A DNA stretch of 64,000 nt from Octopus vulgaris (taxonomy: Eukaryota), in the NCBI GenBank assembly GCA_951406725.2, contig OX597832.1, positions 30,442,001 to 30,506,000 on the forward strand. The letters are read 5' to 3'. The position numbers were made by a program, and so were the translations under genes. Positions within the stretch are counted from its first letter, which is position 1. Each line of letters opens with the position of its first letter. This document shows, piece by piece, positions 57,751-64,000 of the stretch. The notes beneath the pieces are model-generated. The model was not told the DNA's origin. It searched no databases and saw nothing but the letters and a program-made list of their open reading frames with translations.

Positions 57751-57814
57751 ATGACGTAAACACCGCTGATGAGATCCCAGTAAGGGTCGAAAATTGATTC
57801 AGGCGGTTCGTCAT
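57751..57814 (+). ncRNA. Type-I hammerhead-like motif, probably damaged at the cleavage site
   Basis: AUGACG-UAAAC-ACCG-CUGAUGA-GAUCC-CAGUAA-GGGUC-GAAA-AUUGAUUCAGG-CGGU-U-CGUCAU. Bipartite stem I and canonical core, but no UH adjacent to stem I. Confidence 0.55.
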
Positions 57815-57996
57815 TTTTTTCTTTTTTTTTTTCAATCTACAGAGAAATAATTAAATATGTCGTGTTTGTATATCAACCAATTAGGTTTACACACACATAC
57901 ACACACACGCATCTAGGTCTAGAAATACCACTGTCATTAGTTGCTTTGCGTATTTGTTCCGTTTCTGTAGGTTCTGAGTTCAAATCCTAGTCTTCT

Positions 57997-58229
57997 TATT
58001 TCTTTACTACCCACAAGGGGCTAAACATAGAGTGGACAAACAAGGACAGACAAACGGATTAAGTCGATTATATCGACCCCCAATGCATAACTGGTACTTA
58101 ATTAAACGACCCGGAAAGGATGAAAGGCAAAGTCGACCTCGGCGGAATTTGAACTCAGAACGTAACGGCAGACGAAATACCGCTAAACATTTCGCCCGGC
58201 ATGTTAACGATTCTGCTAGCTCGCCGCCT
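57997..58229 (-). mobile_element. SINE family B, full length, with 12-bp target-site duplication
   Basis: TCCTAGTCTTCT at 57985-57996 and 58230-58241. Confidence 0.93.
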
Positions 58230-59009
58230 TCCTAGTCTTCTGTCTCCATCTTCTCCAGTCAAAACTCAGACACAATGGAAATAGGGACATCGAACTGATA
58301 TGCAAGTGTATTCATGTGTGTGTGGTTAATGCCCAATGCTTTGTCTCTTAAACTGGGTGCTTATTTTCGGTATTGAAAGTTTCGCGTTATCGTTCTTTTG
58401 CATCATTCACATAAAGAGTTCTTTGTTACTATTCTAAGAAATGTCTAAGGCTGAGAGGATTTCATCTGAAAGATTTCAAAATCCTTGATGTGTTGATTAT
58501 AATTTTGGTTTAAATAATCTTAATCAGAAATGTCAACGCTTTCTTCAATAACTTCCCAATGTTTATTAATGGTTATATATTCGACCCTTTAACCGTGAGA
58601 TAAATATGAATTGAAAAAGAAAACCATGATAGAGGGATACTATAATATGCAGTAACAGATTTACTTGGTGAAGCTCTAAGCCTAGGTGCCCTTCGTCAAA
58701 AAGTTACACTAGATGTAACAAAAATTAAATCATATATGTCTTTGAAATATTTTGAGGCCCTTACGATTAGTGAGGCCCTAAGCCGTAGTTTGTTTAGCCT
58801 TTATCTCAATCCGGGATCGATAATACACATTGATCGATTTAGATAATTTTTGATGATTTTTGTTCTAAAATTTTCATCTACTGCACAACTATGACTCACG
58901 ACATTGCACCTTGTGGTAACAAAACTAAAATGCTCCAGCTTTCCTAACAGTTCTTTAAATAGCTCTCAAAACAATTTGCCAAGTGTTATAGGTACGATTG
59001 TTAATCACA

Positions 59010-59480
59010 GTATCGACCAGATCATCAGATGCTGTTATACATCGATAGTCACAATGCGCTTCCAATTTTGTCTTGATTGCGCCGTTCTTTTCAACCTTGA
59101 CCTAAATTGCTTAACTAAATCACCTTCCCATCGTCCTGGGTGGGGTCTTCCTAGAGGCCTTTTCCGACCTCTTGGATACCACTCGACCACTTCACAGCTC
59201 CGTCTGTTGTCTGGGAACCTTGCGACATGTCCGGCCCAGTGGAACTCGTGCTTTCGGTACTCGGGGTCAGATTGTTTACTTCGCTCCCTTCATTTCGAAC
59301 GTGCTCTCTTAATAACGTTTCTAGCATGGGTCTTCCCATGGCCCCCTCCGTTGAAGCGAATCGATGTGCTATCCTCTTTGTAGCAGCTCACGTCACACTT
59401 GCATATAAGAGCGCAGGTAGGACGATGCTATTGAAGAGTTTGGCTCGTATAGCCTTGTATAACATTATTTGGAGCGCACC
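59010..59480 (-). mobile_element. RTE-clade LINE 3' fragment
   Basis: Frameshifted [43 protein letters not shown]. Confidence 0.85.
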
Positions 59481-59495
59481 CTTTATATGTGGATA

Positions 59496-59552
<57 letters not shown>

Positions 59553-59695
59553 GTGTGTATATATACGTATATATATATGTATATAAATATGTATATATAT
59601 ATGTATATATATATATATGTGTGTGTGTATATATATATATATGTATATAAATAAGTATATATGTATATAAATAAGTATATATGTATATATATATG

Positions 59696-59736
<41 letters not shown>

Positions 59737-59875
59737 GTATATAAATAAGTATATATGTATATAAATATGTATATATATGTATATATATATATGTGTGTGT
59801 GTATGTATATATATGTATATATATATGTATATATATGTATATGTGTGTGTATATATATATATATACATAAATGTA

Positions 59876-59930
<55 letters not shown>

Positions 59931-59934
<4 letters not shown>

Positions 59935-60123
59935 AAAGTTTACGAAAAAGACAAAACAGGAAGACAGGTAGTGTAGAAAACAAACAGATGTATTAGTATA
60001 ACGCTCAGGAATAGAAAAAGTCTTTTACGTTTCGAGCCTGCGCTCTTCTACAGACAGGGACACAGAAAAAAAAAACAAGGAGAGAAAAAATATGTGTAGT
60101 GGCTAACGATCTATCATGGCGAC
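59931..60123 (-). mobile_element. Second copy of the Penelope-like island (hammerhead-like motif 60022-60057)
   Basis: Collinear with 37009-37205. Same CUGUAGA core and GAGC/GCUC stem, loop GCAG. Confidence 0.62.
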
Positions 60124-60163
60124 TATCATATATATATATATGTGTATATATATGTATATGTGT

Positions 60164-60197
<34 letters not shown>

Positions 60198-60230
60198 AAT
60201 ATATAATATAATTCGTATATATATATATAT

Positions 60231-60272
<42 letters not shown>

Positions 60273-60308
60273 ATATATATGTATATGTGTATATATATGT
60301 ATATGTGT

Positions 60309-60342
<34 letters not shown>

Positions 60343-60356
60343 AATATAATTCGTAT

Positions 60357-60559
<203 letters not shown>

Positions 60560-60602
60560 GTATATATATATGTGTATATATATATGTGTATATATATATG
60601 TG

Positions 60603-60633
<31 letters not shown>

Positions 60634-60634
60634 G

Positions 60635-60830
60635 TTGTGTCTGGGGAGAGTCAATCTCTTTTTGTGCCTTATAATGTAACACACTCACCGGTAAAATTTC
60701 CACTTATTTCTTGAGTGTGTTACATTATAAGGCACAAAAAGAAAATGACTCTCCCCAGACACAATAGAATATGCTTCAACACACGAACTCACATAAAGAA
60801 TCTTGCAAACCAAATCCAAAACCGAAATAT
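60635..60830. repeat. 53-bp-arm inverted repeat plus one-sided extension, in (TA)n
   Basis: Arms 60635-60687 / 60712-60764, 24-nt spacer. Confidence 0.88.
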
Positions 60831-61095
60831 ATATATATATATACAATATATCCGGAGTGTTCTAATTAGTTCTCTCTCTCTCCTTTCTAGTTTCTGTATA
60901 TATGTTATTCTTAAACAAGAATAGTATTGACAGTGACTTCGAAGTTTCAATCAATTAAACTGAAACTTTGAAGTCGCTGTCAGTATTGCTTTCTTATTTA
61001 AGAACAGTGAATCTATACTCTACAAAAGTATTGAGTAACCCATCAGAGTAAAGTAAATAGTTTTTATTAAAACTGAACATAAAAACAAATATATA

Positions 61096-62421
<1,326 letters not shown>

Positions 62422-63080
62422 GTGTGCGTACGTGTGTGTGTGTACAGGATTTAGGCGCGCGCTCACACGCACGCACATCTCTAAACACATTAGATTGCCC
62501 CCCTCTAAGTTTGCATAAGTGATAATGTGTGATGTGTGTGTGTGTGTGTGTACTCATTTTTAAGTACACCAGTATCTGAGTACACAATACTCATATTACA
62601 TATACATGTTTATGTACACATTACGCGCTCACACCCACACTCACAATCTTAATCCGTATTTACCTTCTGCCCATGTGCTAATTCCTCATTCCAAAATCTA
62701 TGTGGAACTAGAACTCCGTCGGTCATTCCAAGAGAGACCCATTACCATCAAATTACACCGAATCCAGTCGTACTCGTTCCTTTAATGTCTCTTTCTTTCT
62801 TTCTTTCTATCTTCTTCTTCAAGATCGATCAGGTGATTCTCAAGTTGATCTGATTGATTCGATGTGTTTAATACCTTCATCAGTTAAACACAACTTCCAG
62901 CCTCTTTAAAACAATAACTTATGTTCATTAACGATTCGAATTATAGAAAATTAATCACATCCACAAGTCATCGCAGCTCGGCATCCGCGGAGTCTTCGGT
63001 TAAAAGTGTCCGGTTAACAAAATCGAACGCTAAACTCGTCATTGGAATCACCAAAGTAAAGTTGATATTTCCATTAAGAC

Positions 63081-63782
63081 GATGATGGTGGTGGTGGTGG
63101 TGGCTGTTGATGTTGTTGTTGTTGTGGTGGTTGTGGTGGTGGAGATGGTGGTGATTGTGGTGGTTGTGGTTGTGGTGGTGGTGGTTGTTGTGGTGGTGGT
63201 GGTTGTGGTTGTGGTTGTGGTGGTGGTGGTGGTTGTTGTTGTGGTGGTGGTGGTGGTGGTTGTCGTTGTTGTGGTGGTGCTGGTGCTGGTTGTTGTTGTT
63301 GTTGTGGTAGTGGTGGCGGCGGTGGTTGTGGTGTGGCGGCGGTGGTAGTGCTGGTGGTGATGGTTGTTGTTGTTGTTGTTGTGGTAGTGGTGGCGGTGGT
63401 GGTTGTGGTGTGGCGGCGGTGGTAGTGCTGGTGGTGATGGTTGTTGTTGTTGTGGTTGTGTTGTGGTGGTGGTTGTGGTGGCTGTTGTGGTAGTGGTGGC
63501 GGCGGTGGTTGTGGTGTGGCGGCGGTGGTAGTGCTGGTGGTGATGGTTGTTGTTGTTGTTGTTGTGGTGGTGGAGGTGGTGGAGGTGGTGGTGGTGTTAG
63601 TGGTGGAGGTGGTGGTGGTAGTGGTGGCGGTGGTGGTTGTGGTGTGGCGGCGGTGGTAATGCTGGTGGTGATGGTTGTTGTTGTTGTTGTTGTGGTTGTT
63701 GTGGTTGTTGTTGTTGTTGTTGTTGTTGTTGTGGTGGTGGTGGTGGTGTGGTGGTGGTGGTTGTTGTTGTTGTTGTTGTGAG
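63081..63782. repeat. (GGT/GTT)n compound repeat with a roughly 60-bp higher-order unit present four times
   Basis: GTGGTAGTGGTGGCGG.GGTGGTTGTGGTGTGGCGGCGGTGGTA.TGCTGGTGGTGATGG near 63304, 63381, 63487 and 63613. Confidence 0.9.
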
Positions 63783-64000
63783 GAAGAGGAGGAGGGAGGA
63801 GGAGGAAGAGTAATTGATCACCTAAATGGATGGTGGTGATTCTTGGAGCATCTTTAGCAAATTCATGACAAACAAACATCATCCAATTTATTTAGTGGAA
63901 TCGGTTGTAATAAAAATATTCTTCCTTCCAATATATCGACCAACGCGTTTCTTCTACATTTTTTTATTTTCTTCTCTTTCTTTCAACGAAGAACTCAACC

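Noticed and set aside
62968-63882. 304-aa minus-strand ORF rich in T/P/Q/H/N
   Set aside because: It lies on a triplet repeat whose unit shifts frame, so identical DNA units give different peptides. The unique ends show no recognisable domain.

Overview
AT-rich, microsatellite-saturated animal DNA. The SINE families and (TA)n/(TG)n/(AGAT)n/(AAT)n load look like an octopus or other coleoid cephalopod genome (inference from pattern recognition, no database search). I find no convincing host protein-coding exon: nearly all ORFs in the track are stop-free readings of microsatellites, and the real protein signals are transposon relics. These are CR1-like, RTE-like and L1/Tx1-like LINE fragments, several Tc1/mariner relics and MITEs, a hAT-like MITE, a non-autonomous Helitron and a Helitron helicase relic, plus three tRNA-derived SINE families. 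The most interesting signal is a set of 100-350 bp islands sitting inside (TA)n tracts. Many carry type-I hammerhead ribozyme motifs and/or a long arm plus a shorter inverted arm, the architecture expected of Penelope-like element pseudo-LTRs. One island (27777-27915) is a 66-bp-arm palindrome with a near-canonical hammerhead on each strand. Several others carry recurrent non-canonical cores (CCGANGA, CUGUAGA).
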